Source: an uncultured Actinomycetes bacterium (GTDB taxonomy: Bacteria; Actinomycetota; UBA4738; HRBIN12). Taken from it: DNA of 64,000 bases. The DNA is taken from the NCBI GenBank assembly GCA_963751665.1, contig CAVVVF010000003.1, positions 105,349-169,348 on the forward strand. The letters are read 5' to 3'. Of the stretch, positions 9,255 to 20,646 are shown piece by piece. Under the pieces are notes generated by a model, which had not been told where the DNA came from, did no database searches, and saw only the letters and a list, made by a program, of their open reading frames with translations. Each line of letters opens with the position of its first letter. Position 1 is the stretch's first letter. Both the position numbers and the translations under genes were made by a program.

Positions 9255-10743
9255 ATGGACGCGCTGATCAGGCGCCTGGGTGGCGCGATGCTCGCGCTGT
9301 TCGTGGTGCTCCTCGCGCAGGTCACCTACATCCAGGTGGTCGCGTCGGATCGCCTAGCCGATAACCCGGCCAACGCCACCCGCCAGCTGATCGCCGAGTA
9401 CCGGGTGGACCGGGGAAGCATCGTGGCCGCCGACGGGAAGACCTTCCTGGCGGTCAGCAGGAAGAGCCCCGGGGAACTGAAGTACCAGCGGCACTACCCG
9501 CAGGGACCGCTGTACGCCGACATCACCGGCTACTACTCGGTCATCTTCGGACGGAGCGGGCTCGAGCAGAGCTACAACAGCTATCTGTCCGGCGATGCGC
9601 CGGAGCTGATCCCCCAGACGCTGATCGACCAAGTCCTGGGCCGGCCCAAGCGAGGCGCCACCGTCGTAACCACGATCGATCCGGTGATCCAGCGGGCCGC
9701 GGCGCAGGCCCTGCGGAACCTGCCCGGGGGCGTCGTGGCCATCGACCCCCACACCGGCGACGTGAAGGCCATCGTGGCCAACCCCACCTACGATCCCGAA
9801 CGAGCTCGCCTCGCAGGACCCCAAGCAGGTCCGAGCGGCCTGGGACCGCCTGACCTCCGACCCGGACAAGCCGCTCCTGTCCAGGGCCATCGACGAGCTG
9901 TATCCGCCGGGATCGACGTTCAAGGTGGTGACCGCGTCGGCCGCCCTGGAGAACGGGTTCGGGCCCGACAGCACGTGGCCGAACCCGCCGGTGCTGGACC
10001 TCCCCCAGACCACCGCGACGCTGGAGAACTTCGGCGGCGAGCACTGCCTGGGGGGCGCATCGCAGATCACCCTGGCCCAGGCCCTGACGATCTCGTGCAA
10101 CGTGGTGTTCGGCCAGGTCGGGTTGAAGCTCGGCGCGGACAAGCTGGCCGCCCAGGCTCACGCCTTCGGGTTCGCGCCGGACGCCTCGAGCGGCGACGTC
10201 CCCTTCGACATCCCCTTCCAGGAGGGGGTGTTCCCCGACGCGTCGTACTTCGCCGACCGGCTGCCGGCCGTGGCGCTGTCGGCCATCGGACAGGACAACG
10301 TGGCGGCCAACCCCATGCAGATGGCCCTGGTGGCCTCGGCCATCGCGAACGGCGGCTCGGAGATGCGGCCACGACTGGTGTCGGAGATCCGGGACCCGAG
10401 CGGCCAGGTGGTCAAGACGTTCTCGCCCGAGGTGTTCGGGCAGCCCATCTCGTCGCAGACCGCCATCCAGCTCACCCAGATGATGGTGAGCGTGGTGCAG
10501 AGCGGGACGGGGACGGCGGCCCAGATCCCGGGCGTCGAGGTGGCGGGCAAGACCGGAACGGCCCAGCACGGGGAGGGGCTCCCGCCCCACGCCTGGTTCG
10601 TCTCCTTCGCCCCCGCCCAGAACCCAAGGATCGCGGTCGCCGTCATCGTCCTCGACGGGGGTAGCCTTGGCAGCGACGCGACGGGCGGCGTGGTGGCCGC
10701 CCCCATCGCCAAGGCGGTCATGGAGGCCGCATTGCATGAGTGA
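9255..10743 (+). CDS. pbpA: PbpA, class B penicillin-binding transpeptidase; 1 frameshift as given
   Basis: ORF 9255..10664 supplies the N-terminal TM helix and the first about 180 aa. From about 9800 the frame of ORF 9925..10743 carries the rest. Motifs: PPGSTFKVVTA (SxxK), SCN, KTGTA. Confidence 0.85.
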
Positions 10744-12455
10744 CCGGACGAACGACCACGTGACCGCGCAGATGCTGCTCGGTGGCCGGTACCTCGTCGA
10801 GTCCGAGCTCGGCCGGGGCGGCATGGCCACCGTGTTCAAGGGCACGGACACGGTGCTGGGCCGTCCCGTCGCCGTGAAGGTCCTGTCCCCGCAGTACGCG
10901 GGCGATGCGAACTTCGTGACCCGGTTCCGGAGGGAGGCCCAGTCCGCGGCCCGCCTGAACCACCCCAACCTGGTCTCCGTGTACGACACCGGCACTGACG
11001 ACGGCATCCACTTCATCGTCATGGAGTACGTCGATGCGAAGACGCTCGCCGACTACCTGGCCGGAGGCGGCCGCATCATGCCGGAACGCGCCATCGAGAT
11101 CGCCGAGGCGGTGTGCGACGCCCTGTCGATGGCGCACGCACACGGGATCATCCACCGCGACATCAAGCCCGCGAACATCATGATCACGTCGAAGGGCGAC
11201 GTGAAGGTCACCGACTTCGGCATCGCCCGGGTGATCAGCGGCGCCGACACGATCGCCCAGACGGCCGCCGTGCTCGGGACCGCCTCGTACCTGTCGCCGG
11301 AGCAAGCCCAGAGCCTGCCGGTGGACCAGCGAAGCGACATCTACTCGCTGGGCGTCGTGCTGTACGAGATGGTGACGGGGCGGCCCCCATTCTCCGGGGA
11401 CTCGCCGGTGATGGTGGCGTCCAAGCATGTTTTGGAGCAGCCGACGCCGCCCTCGAAGCTGAACCGGGACGTCGCACCGGCACTCGAGGCCGTGATCATG
11501 AAGGCCCTGTCCAAGAACCCGGACAACAGGTATCAGGACGCCGACGAGATGCGCGCGGACCTGGAGCGAGCGCGTCTCGGGCAGCCGGTGCAGGCCACGC
11601 CGCTCTTGCCGGAGAGCGCGCGAACCCAGGTCATCGCGCCCTCCGGACCGCCCACGGCTGTGCTCCCTCCGGTCGGGCCCGAGGATGGTGAACGCCGCAG
11701 GTGGTGGATCCCGGCGCTGATCCTCTTGCTGATCCTGGCCATCCTCGGTGGGGGGCTGTACCTACTCGCGTCGAGCCTGTTGAGCACCAACACCGCCTCG
11801 GTCAAGGTCCCGGACGTCCGCGGCTTCACGCAGGAGGCGGCGACGCGCACGCTCACGACGCCGGCTTCGAGGTGAAGCCCGAGTTCCAGGTGACGACCAA
11901 CCAGGCCGACGTGGGGGACGTCATCTCGCAAGACCCTCTGCCCGGGACGCCCTTGGAGAAGGGCAAGACCGTGACGATCACGGTCGGCAAGGCCCCGGCG
12001 CAGGTGGAGGTGCCGGATCTCACCGGGCTCACCCAGGACGAGGCCGTTGCGGCGCTCAAGGCAGCGCACCTGCAGCTCGGGACGCCTACGACCCAGCCCA
12101 GCGACCAACCGGAGGGGACCGTCGTCTCGCAGGACCCCCTCCCGGGCCAGAAGGTCGACAAGGGCTCGACTGTTGACGTCGTTCTGTCGGCGGGCCCCGC
12201 CGAGGTGAGCGTCCCCGACGTCGTCTGCGAGTGCCTTGGGAAGGCCGAGTCCGACCTCGGAAAGGCGGGCTTCGCAGGTGGTCACGTCCGAGACCGAGAC
12301 GCAGTTCAACCTGGAATGCCCCAAGAACGGCCGGGTGGCTGCGCAGGACCCAGCCGGGAACAGCTCAGGCCCCGTCGGGTTCCACCGTGACCCTCATCCC
12401 GTCGACGGACGTGCCGCCGACCACTCCCAGCCCCAGCCCAACCCCTAGCCTGTAG
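10736..12455 (+). CDS. pknB: PknB, Hanks Ser/Thr kinase with TM segment and PASTA repeats; 3 frameshifts as given
   Basis: ATG 10736 overlaps the pbpA stop. Kinase motifs GRGGMATVFKG, VAVKVL, HRDIKPANIM, DFGIA, SPEQA, then TM helix WWIPALILLLILAILGGGLYLL. The PASTA-type repeats continue through ORFs 11701..12390, 12236..12448 and 12231..12455. Shifts lie near 11857 (-1), 12273 and 12361. Confidence 0.85.
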
Positions 12456-12460
12456 CCGAC

Positions 12461-14058
12461 ATGTGGTTCGCCACCGAGGAGTTCACCCCGGACGAGCGTG
12501 AGAGGCTCGCGCCCTACTTCACCAATCTGGACGGTCCGGTGTTCGCGCTGGTCAACCTGCCCGAGGTGGTGAAGGGAGCCCTCTTCGCCCGGTACTCGCG
12601 GACGCCGAAGTCGCTCCGGCGGCTGTTCCTCGACGAGTTCGCCGAGGAGGTGGGTGAGTTCACCGCCACCGGGGCCGTGGGGACGGAACGCGCGGAGAAG
12701 CTCTACGACCGGGTGTTCTTCGAGTACGGCGACGACTCGGTGGCGCAGCTCGGCGGTGTGCACCTGGCGTGCGAGCAGGCCTCGCAGCTTCTGTGCAAGG
12801 CCCTCGAGTGGGGGCGACTGGCCGCGTACCTGGAGCAGTCGACCCGTTACATGCGCTACGACGACCGGCCGGGTGGCCGGTGGCGGGTCACGGTGCCGCC
12901 CGAGATCGAGGGCTCCGCGCTTGCCGGACCCTTCACGGCGTACGTCGACATGTCGTTCCAGACGTACCAGAAGCTGTTCGAGCCGATGGCGGAGTTCTTC
13001 CGGCGCCTGTACCCGAAGGACCCGAACGACTCGGACTTCGTCTATCGCTCGACGATCACGGCGAAGACGTGCGACACCCTCCGCGACATGCTGCCGGCCG
13101 CGACCCGATCGAACGTCGGCATCTACGGGACGGGACAGGCCTACGAGCAGCTGCTGCTCCGCCTGCGAGCGCACCCCTTGCGCGAGATGCGCGAGTACGC
13201 CGAACTCATGCTCGTCGAGCTGCGCAAGGTCATCCCGGCGTTCCTCAAGCGGGTGGACCTGCCGGATCGCGGCGTGGCCTGGTCCGAGTACCTCGCGGAC
13301 ACGAGCGAGCGCACGCGCGAGATCGCGTCGAAGGTGCTGGCCGGGGTGGAGCCGGAGCCCCGCGACGAGGTCACGCTGGTCGACTGGGACCCCGAGGGCG
13401 AGGTGAAGGTGGTCGCCGCCGCCCTGTATGCCCCGAGCGACCTGCCCGACGACCAGCTTCTGGAGATCGCTCGGGCGATGTCGCCGGCCGAGCGCGAGGC
13501 CGCGTTCGCGACGTACGTCGGTGACCGGCGGAACCGCCGGCACAAGCCCGGACGTGCGTTCGAGCGGACCCAGTATCGGTTCGACGTGCTCGTGTGACTA
13601 CGGCGCGTTCCGCGATCTTCAGCGTCACCGGCTGCTGACGCTCGAGTGGCAGCGCCTGACCACAACGCACGGGTACGAGCTCCCACCGGAGATCGAGGAG
13701 GCCGGGTTCTCCGACGAATGGCGCTCGGTCATGGATCGCTCACGGGAGGTTCACGAGGCTCTGCTGGCGGAGGGTCTCGACGAGGCGGCCCAGTACGCGG
13801 TGGCCATGGCCTATCGGATCCGGTTCGTCATGCAGATGAACGCGCGGGAGGCCATGCACGTCATCGAGCTCCGGTCGACGCCGCAAGGGCATCCCGTCTA
13901 CCGGCGAGTGGTGCAGGAGATGCACCGGCTGATCGACGAGAAGGCTGGCCACCACGCGATCGCCGCCGCCATGGGATACGTCGACCATTCGAACGTCGAG
14001 CTCGAGCGACTGGAGGCCGAGCGGCGCACGGAGGCCAGGCGCGAGACATCCGAGGTGA
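12461..14058 (+). CDS. Two-domain ThyX-like (FAD-dependent thymidylate synthase family) protein; 1 frameshift; 3' end uncertain
   Basis: ORF 12461..13597 (FARYSRTPKSLRRLF) joins ORF 13428..14408 at about 13591 (FDVL-CDYGAFRDLQRHRLLT...RFVMQMNAREAMHVIELRSTPQGHP). The given frame stays open to 14408. Conservation looks lost after about 14050. Confidence 0.6.
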
Positions 14059-14213
14059 TCGAGTCTCGACGCCGAGCGGGACGCGTCAACACCTTGACAA
14101 CAACGCCGCAGGTGAAAGCGGTCAACGTGTTGTCGAGTCTCGAGGGGCGAGCTCTGGGGCTCACCGGGGCGATGGTCGCGAGTGACCCGCCCATCGGGTA
14201 CCCTGGCGGCCCC

Positions 14214-14408
14214 ATGGACCGTCAAGCGACGTTCCTGCTGGCCTTGAGCCTGCTGATCGCCGCCGCGGCGTTCGTCTCCGCGAGCGGCTGGATCCTGTTC
14301 GTCTGGGACCGGCGGGCCGACCGCGCCGGCGGGACGGCCGCCGGGACCAGCCACGCGACCACCCACTCGACCACCCACGCCCATCACGAGGTTCACGAGG
14401 AGCGCTAG
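14214..14408 (+). CDS. 64-aa ORF: one TM helix plus a His/Thr-rich tail, abutting the hisD start
   Basis: ATG 14214 in the tail of ORF 13428..14408. Product MDRQATFLLALSLLIAAAAFVSASGWILFVW...SHATTHSTTHAHHEVHEER. TAG 14406..14408 is followed directly by the hisD GTG at 14409. Confidence 0.3.
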   Translation: MDRQATFLLALSLLIAAAAFVSASGWILFVWDRRADRAGGTAAGTSHATTHSTTHAHHEVHEER

Positions 14409-15701
14409 GTGCTCGAGCTCCTCGACCTCCGGGACCGGAGGGAGCGGCTCGAGCCCCGAAGCCTCGAGATCGATCCCTCTGTAGCCGACGCGGTACGCGG
14501 CATCATCGAGCGCGTCCGCGCTCGAGGGCGACGACGCCCTGTTCGACGTCACATTGAAGTTCGACGGCGCGAACCTGCGCCAGACCGGCCTCACCGTCTC
14601 GCCCGAGGAGTTCCGTCAGGCCGAGGAGACCGTTCCGGCAGAGCTGAAGGCGGCCCTGGATTCCCTGATCGAGCGCCTCACCGATCTCCACCGCCGCCAG
14701 CTCCCGGCGGAGTGGTGGGACGAGCGCGACGGCGTTCGGTTCGGCGAGATCGTGCGCCCGATCGCCCGGGCGGGCTGCTACGTGCCGGGCGGGACGGGCC
14801 GAGTATCCATCCTCGGTGGCCATGACCGTCGTCCCGGCGGTCGTCGCCGGGGTCGAGGGCATCGTGGTCTGCACGCCGCCGTCGCAGGACGGCTCGATCC
14901 ACCCCGCGGTGCTGTACGCGGCGGCGCGGGCCGGCGCCACCACGGTGGCGAAGGTCGGCGGGGCCCAGGCCGTGGCGGCCCTGGCGTTCGGCACCGAGTC
15001 CATCCCGGCGGTGGACCGCATCGTGGGGCCGGGCAACGTGTACGTGACCGAGGCCAAGCGGCAGGTCGCCGGTTTCGTCGGCATCGACGGCCTGGCCGGT
15101 CCGACGGAGCTCGTCGTCGTGGCCGATGCCGTCGGCCGACCCCGCCTGGGTGGCCGCCGACCTGGTGGCCCAGGCCGAGCACGATCCCGCAGGCGCTCGC
15201 CGTCCTGGTCGCGTTCGACGCGAACGTCGCCAGCGAAGTGGAGAAGGCGCTCGAGGCCGAGGTGGCCAGGGCCGGCCGCGGCGACGTCGTGAAGGCCGCC
15301 CTCGCGCACGCGCGCACGGTGCTCGTCGCCGACGACGACCAGGCGGTCGAGGTCGTGGACGATCTCGCCCCCGAGCACCTCCACGTCGTCGCTGGTCGAC
15401 GCCGCGCCGCTTCGCCCGGCGCATCAGGAACGCCGGCGCCATCTTCGTCGGCGGCTTCACCCCGGTGCCGTTCGGCGACTACGGCGTGGCCTCGAACCAC
15501 GTCCTTCCGACGGCGGGCACCGCGCGGTTCGCCTCCGGCCTTCGGGCCGCCGACTTCGTGAAGGTCTCCTCGGTCGTCGAGATCTCCGACGCGGCCGCCG
15601 CGCGCCTGGCCCCCGAGGTCGCGAGGATCGCGCTCGCCGAAGGGCTTCCCGGCCACGCCCGGTCGGTCGAGATCCGAGCCGAGGGGAGGAGGCCGGCGTG
15701 A
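14409..15701 (+). CDS. hisD: HisD, histidinol dehydrogenase; about 6 frameshifts as given
   Basis: Rebuilt from ORFs 14409.., 14554.., 14816.. and 15126..15701. Motifs: [93 protein letters not shown]. +1 shifts near 14529, 14802, 15130, 15190, 15390 and 15412. Confidence 0.8.
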
Positions 15702-16751
15702 CCCCGGCCCTTCCTCGCCCCGGCCTCCGGGATCTCGAGCCGTACCAGGCCCCACAACTCGAGGTGGCGGCCCGGCTGAACACGAACGAGTGCCCCTATC
15801 CCCTGCCGGAGAGCTTCCGGGACGAGCTTGTCGAAGCCGTCCGCCGGCTCGAGCTCCACCGATATCCGGATCGGGAGGCGCAGGAGCTCCGCGAGGCGCT
15901 GGCGAAGCACGCCGGCCACCCCGTCGAGGGCACGTGGGCGGCGAACGGATCGAACGAGGTCATCGAGCAGATCCTGCTGGCCTACGGCGGGCCCGGCCGG
16001 CGGGTCGTCGTGTTCGAGCCGACGTACCTCCTCCACGAGCGGCTGGCGTGGGTGACGCACGGCGAGCTGTTCCCCCTGTCCATCGACGAACCGTGGGTCA
16101 TCTCGTCGCACGACGTCGCCCGAGCCCTCGCCGCGGAGCCCGCCGTGGTCTTCGTGTGCTCGCCGAACAACCCGACCGGCAACGCGCAGCCCGTCGAGGT
16201 CGTCGAAGGGCTCGCAGCAACCGGGGACGCGCTCGTCGTCGTGGACGAGGCGTACGTCGAGTTCGGCGGGCGATCGGCCGCGGGGCTGGTCGCCGGCTGC
16301 CCGAACGTGGTCGTGGTTCGAACGTTCTCCAAGGCCTTCGCCCTGGCCGGGCGCTCGGATCGGCTACTGCCTGGCGTCGCCAGAGGTGGTGGACGACCTT
16401 CGCAGGGTGCGGCTCCCCTACCACCTGTCGGCGCTGACCCAGGCCGCCGGCCTGGTCGCGCTGCGCCACAAGGAGGACGCCCTGGCCATCCTCGACGACG
16501 GTCCGGCGGGAGCGCGACCGCATCCTGGCCGAGCTCTCCCGCGCTCGAGGTCCGGGCCTTCCCGTCCGATGCCAACTTCGTGCTGTTTCGACCACCGAAG
16601 CCGGCGCAGGACGTGTGGCGGGGGTTGCTGGACCGAGGCGTGCTGGTCCGCGACATGACCTCCGTGGTCCCCGAGTGCCTTCGGGTCACCGCGGGCACGA
16701 CCGAGGAGGTCGACCGGTTCCTGTCGGCCCTCCGAGGAGGTCCTGGCATGA
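15698..16751 (+). CDS. hisC: HisC, histidinol-phosphate aminotransferase; about 4 frameshifts as given
   Basis: GTG 15698 (GTGA overlap with hisD). Motifs LNTNECPYPLP, CSPNNPTG, VVVDEAYVEF, RTFSKAFALAG. It continues as RIGYCLASPEVVDDLRRVRLPYHLS (ORF 16386 frame), then RRERDRILAEL, then LEVRAFPSDANFVLF. +1 shifts near 16353, 16500, 16540 and 16729. TGA 16749..16751. Confidence 0.78.
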
Positions 16752-17336
16752 GCCCGCGCGACGCCATCGTTGAGCGCACGACGAAGGAGACCACCGTTCG
16801 CGTGGAGCTCCGCCTCGACGGGTCCGGCGCGGCCGACCGCCGATACCGGCCTCCCGTTCTTCGACCACATGCTGGAGCAGCTCGGGACGCACGCCGGGTT
16901 CGACCTCACGGTCACCGCCAAGGGCGACCTCGACGTGGACGGCCACCACACGGTGGAGGACGTCGGGCTGGCGCTGGGGCAGGCGCTCGCCGAGGCTCTC
17001 GGCGACAAGCGCGGCATCCGGCGGTTCGCCTCGATCACGGTGCCGCTGGACGAGGCCGCCGTCGAGGTGGCCCTCGACCTGTCCGGGAGGCCGTTCGTCG
17101 TGCACGAGGTCGACGTCCCCGCCGAGACGATCGGGACCTACGACTCCGGGCTCACCGAGGACTTCGTCCGCGCCTTCGCCACCGCGGCGCAGATGACGCT
17201 GCACGTTCGGCTGGTGCGGGGGCGCTCCCCCCACCACGTCGTGGAGGCCGAGTTCAAGGCCCTGGCCAGGGCGCTCGGCGACGCGTGCTCGTCGACCGGC
17301 CGAGGCGGGACGCCCTCGACGAAGGGGACGCTGTGA
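16748..17336 (+). CDS. hisB: HisB, imidazoleglycerol-phosphate dehydratase; 1 frameshift as given
   Basis: ATG 16748 (ATGA overlap with hisC) gives MSPRDAIVERTTKETTVRVELRLDGSG. A +1 shift near 16840 moves into ORF 16770..17336 (DTGLPFFDHMLEQL, DGHHTVEDVGLALG, RSPHHVVEAEFKALARAL). Confidence 0.82.
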
Positions 17337-17939
17337 CGATCGCGATCCTCGACTACGGGATGGGGAACCTCCGCTCGGTGGCCAGGGCCATCGAGCGGGT
17401 GGGCGGCGCGTCCGAGGTCGTCGACGATCCGGGCGCCGTGCTCGACGCCGACGCGCTGGTCGTCCCCGGGGTCGGGCATTTCGGCGCCTGCATGCGGAAC
17501 CTGATGGAGCGCCGGCTCGACGGCGCCGTCCGCGACTTCGCGGCGAGCGGACGTCCGCTGTTCGGCGTCTGCGTGGGGATGCAGATCCTGTTCAAGCGGA
17601 GCGAGGAGGACCCCCAGGAGGGCTTGGGCATCGTCCCCGGCCAGGCCAGGAAGCTGCCCCCGGTCGTGAAGGTCCCCCACATGGGATGGAACACGGTGGA
17701 GTGGGTCGCGGAGCACCCGTACGTCGCGGAACCTCCCCGCCCGAACCAGCTTCTACTTCGTCCACTCCTATGCCGCCGACGTCGTGGCCGGCGTGACGGT
17801 GGGGACGGCGGAGCACGGCCGGCCGTTCTCCGCCGCGATCGCCCGCGAGAACGTGTTCGCCACCCAGTTCCACCCGGAGAAATCGAGCGACGCGGGCCTG
17901 GCCATCTACGAGGCCTTCGTGAAGGAGGCGGCGACGTGA
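17333..17939 (+). CDS. hisH: HisH, imidazole glycerol phosphate synthase glutaminase subunit; 1 frameshift as given
   Basis: GTG 17333 (GTGA overlap). Motifs [14 protein letters not shown] and [10 protein letters not shown] (catalytic Cys). After a +1 shift near 17730: FYFVHSYAA...[13 protein letters not shown] 17937..17939. Confidence 0.82.
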
Positions 17940-18637
17940 TCGTCATCCCCGCGGTCGACCTCCGCGGCGGCCGATGCGTCCGGTTGTTCCGGGGCGACCC
18001 GGCCGCCGAGACCGTCTACGACGCCGACCCCGTGGAGGTGGCCAAGCGCTTCGAGGCCGAGGGAGCGCGACGTCTGCACGTCGTCGACCTGGACGCGGCG
18101 CTGGGGACGGGGTCCAACGCCGAGGTGATCCTGGCCATCTGCCGGAACGTGGCCGTGCCGGTGCAGCTCGGTGGGGGCCTTCGGACGATCGATGCTGTCG
18201 AGCGGGCCCTGGAGGCCGGCGCGGCCCGGGCCATCCTGGGGACGTCCGCCGCCCTCAACCCCGGGTTCCTGGCCGAGGCCGTCGAGCAGTTCCACGACCA
18301 GGTCGTCGTGGCCATCGACGTGCAGGATGGGCACGTGATGGTCGAAGGGTGGCGGAAGGAGGGCCCTCGCCTGGAGGAGGCCGTCTCCTCGCTCCGGGAC
18401 GCGGGGGCACCGCGCTTCCTGGTCACCTCCATCGAGAAGGACGGGACCATGGACGGTCCGGACTTCGTGCTGTACGAGCGCGTGCTGTCGCTCACCGAGC
18501 TGCCCGTGATAGCGAGCGGCGGCGTGCGCAAGGCCGACGACGTGTGGGCGCTGCGGGAACTCGGACTCGAGGCGGCCGTGGTGGGCAAGGCCCTCTATTC
18601 CGGCACGTTGCAGCTGGGGGAGGTCGTGCGGGGATGA
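17936..18637 (+). CDS. hisA: HisA/PriA, ProFAR isomerase
   Basis: GTG 17936 (GTGA overlap), in the frame of track ORF 15698..18637. Motifs [40 protein letters not shown]. Intact. Confidence 0.85.
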   Translation: MIVIPAVDLRGGRCVRLFRGDPAAETVYDADPVEVAKRFEAEGARRLHVVDLDAALGTGSNAEVILAICRNVAVPVQLGGGLRTIDAVERALEAGAARAILGTSAALNPGFLAEAVEQFHDQVVVAIDVQDGHVMVEGWRKEGPRLEEAVSSLRDAGAPRFLVTSIEKDGTMDGPDFVLYERVLSLTELPVIASGGVRKADDVWALRELGLEAAVVGKALYSGTLQLGEVVRG

Positions 18638-19398
18638 CCCTGGCCAAGCGGATCATCCCCTGTCTCGACGTGGACGCCGGCCGCGTGGTCAAAGGTGTCC
18701 GGTTCGAGGATCTCCGCGACGCGGGCGACCCCGTCGAGCTGGCCGCCCGGTACGACGCGGAGGGTGGTGACGAGCTGGTGTTCCTCGACATCACGGCGAC
18801 GGTCGAGGGCCGCCGGGCCACCTTCGACGTGATCTCGCGCACCGCCGAGCAGGTGTTCATCCCGCTCACCGTGGGTGGGGGCGTGCGGAGCGAGGAGGAC
18901 GTGCGGGCGCTGCTTCGGGCCGGCGCGGACAAGGTCTCGCTGAACACCGCGGCCGTGCGCGACCCGGGGCTGCTGTCGAGGTGCGCGGACCGGTTCGGAA
19001 CGCAGTGCATGGTGGTCTCGATCGACGTGATGCGGCGCAACGACCATGGCTGGGAGGTCGTGGTCGAGGCGGGCAGAACACCAACCGGCCGCGACGCCGT
19101 GGAGTGGGCGGTCGAGGCCACGGAGAAGCACGGGGCCGGGGAGGTCCTGCTGACGTCGATGGACCGCGACGGGACCGGCGAGGGCTACGACCTGGACCTG
19201 CTTCAGGCCGTGTCCGCCGCGGTCGCCGTGCCGGTCGTGGCCAGCGGCGGCGCCGGCTCGGTCGAGCACTTCGCCGAGGCTCTCACCGAGGGCCGGGCCG
19301 ACGCGGTGCTCGCCGCATCCCGGTTCCACTCCGGCGAGCTCACGATCCGCGAGGTCAAGGAGGGCCTGGCCCGGAAGCGGATCCCGGTGAGGCTGTGA
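18634..19398 (+). CDS. hisF: HisF, imidazole glycerol phosphate synthase cyclase subunit
   Basis: ATG 18634 (ATGA overlap) inside ORF 17974..19398. Motifs [46 protein letters not shown]. Intact. Confidence 0.9.
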   Translation: MTLAKRIIPCLDVDAGRVVKGVRFEDLRDAGDPVELAARYDAEGGDELVFLDITATVEGRRATFDVISRTAEQVFIPLTVGGGVRSEEDVRALLRAGADKVSLNTAAVRDPGLLSRCADRFGTQCMVVSIDVMRRNDHGWEVVVEAGRTPTGRDAVEWAVEATEKHGAGEVLLTSMDRDGTGEGYDLDLLQAVSAAVAVPVVASGGAGSVEHFAEALTEGRADAVLAASRFHSGELTIREVKEGLARKRIPVRL

Positions 19399-19721
19399 TG
19401 GAGCGGGTCGACGTCGACGCGCTGAAGTTCGACGACCGGGGCCTGCTCCCGGCGATCGTCCAGGACGCGGAGAACGACGAGGTGTTGATGATGGCCTGGA
19501 TGAGCCGGGAGTCCGTGGAGCGAACCCTGGACGAGGGCCGGACCGTGTTCTGGAGCCGTTCGCGGAACGAGCTGTGGCGCAAGGGCGAGACGAGCGGCCA
19601 CGTCCAGCACGTGGAGGAGGTCCGGGTGGACTGCGACGGCGACGTGCTGCTCGTCCGAGTCCACCAGGTCGGCCCGGCCTGCCACCTGGGCGAGCGAAGC
19701 TGCTTCCACCGGGGCCTCTGA
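19398..19721 (+). CDS. hisI: HisI, phosphoribosyl-AMP cyclohydrolase
   Basis: ATG 19398 inside ORF 18981..19721. Motifs [48 protein letters not shown]...[12 protein letters not shown]. 107 aa; no HisE domain. Confidence 0.88.
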   Translation: MERVDVDALKFDDRGLLPAIVQDAENDEVLMMAWMSRESVERTLDEGRTVFWSRSRNELWRKGETSGHVQHVEEVRVDCDGDVLLVRVHQVGPACHLGERSCFHRGL

Positions 19722-20596
19722 TGCTCCGGCTGGTCATCCCCAAGGGGTCGCTCGAGGAGCAGACGCTCCGGTTGCTCGAGGCGGCGGACCTGCACGTTCG
19801 CCGGGGCTCGCCCCGCGACTACCACGGCACGGTCGACGACGACCGTATCGAGCGCGTCTCGCTCCTGCGGCCGCAGGAGATCCCGACCTACATCCAGGAC
19901 GGGCTGTTCGACCTTGGCATCACCGGGCGGGACTGGATCGAGGAGACCGGGGCCGACGTCGAGGTCCTGGCCTCGCTCGAGTACGCGAAGAGCGGCACCG
20001 GCCGGGGCGTGCGGATCGTGCTGGCCGTTCCCGGCGACCACCCCGCGAACGGCGCGAAGGAGCTGCCGCCCGACTCCCGCATCTCCACCGAGTACGTGAA
20101 CCTGACCCGCCGGTACTTCCACGACCTCGGCATCCCGGTCCACGTCGTCTGGTCCTACGGCGCGACCGAGGCGAAGGTCCCCGAGATCGTCGACGCCATC
20201 GTGGACGTGACCGAGACGGGCAGCACGCTTCGGGCCCACGGCATGAAGGTCATCGAGACGCTGCTCGAATCCGAGGTGCTCCTGATCGCCAACAGGAGCT
20301 CCGCGGCCGACCATGCGAAGCGCTCGGCCATGGACGACATCACGACGCTCCTCCTCGGCGCGCTCCGGGCGGAGGGTCGCGTCCTGATCAAGCTGAACGT
20401 GAGCGAGGAGAACCTGCGGGCGGTCCTGGACGTCGTGCCGTCGATGAAGTCGCCGACCGTCTCCCAGCTGTCCGAGGGGGGCTACGCCATCGAGACCGTC
20501 GTCGAGAAGGCGACGGTCAACACGCTCATCCCCCTGCTGAAGTCGAAGGGCGCCACCGACATCCTGGAGCTCCCCATCTCCAAGATCGTGCCGTAG
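19721..20596 (+). CDS. hisG: HisG, ATP phosphoribosyltransferase (long form)
   Basis: ATG 19721 (TGATG overlap) inside ORF 19574..20596. Motifs [43 protein letters not shown], plus a C-terminal regulatory domain. Confidence 0.88.
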   Translation: MLRLVIPKGSLEEQTLRLLEAADLHVRRGSPRDYHGTVDDDRIERVSLLRPQEIPTYIQDGLFDLGITGRDWIEETGADVEVLASLEYAKSGTGRGVRIVLAVPGDHPANGAKELPPDSRISTEYVNLTRRYFHDLGIPVHVVWSYGATEAKVPEIVDAIVDVTETGSTLRAHGMKVIETLLESEVLLIANRSSAADHAKRSAMDDITTLLLGALRAEGRVLIKLNVSEENLRAVLDVVPSMKSPTVSQLSEGGYAIETVVEKATVNTLIPLLKSKGATDILELPISKIVP

Positions 20597-20646
20597 CTCG
20601 GCTTGACATGCCGGCCGACGCTCAGGCAGACTGCCCTCCACGATGA

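Noticed and set aside
15698-18637. 979-aa track ORF that looks like one giant protein
   Set aside because: It is the shared open frame of hisC, part of hisB, hisH and hisA. Motifs of four different enzymes appear in series with internal overlapping start/stop signals in other frames. High GC simply removes stops.
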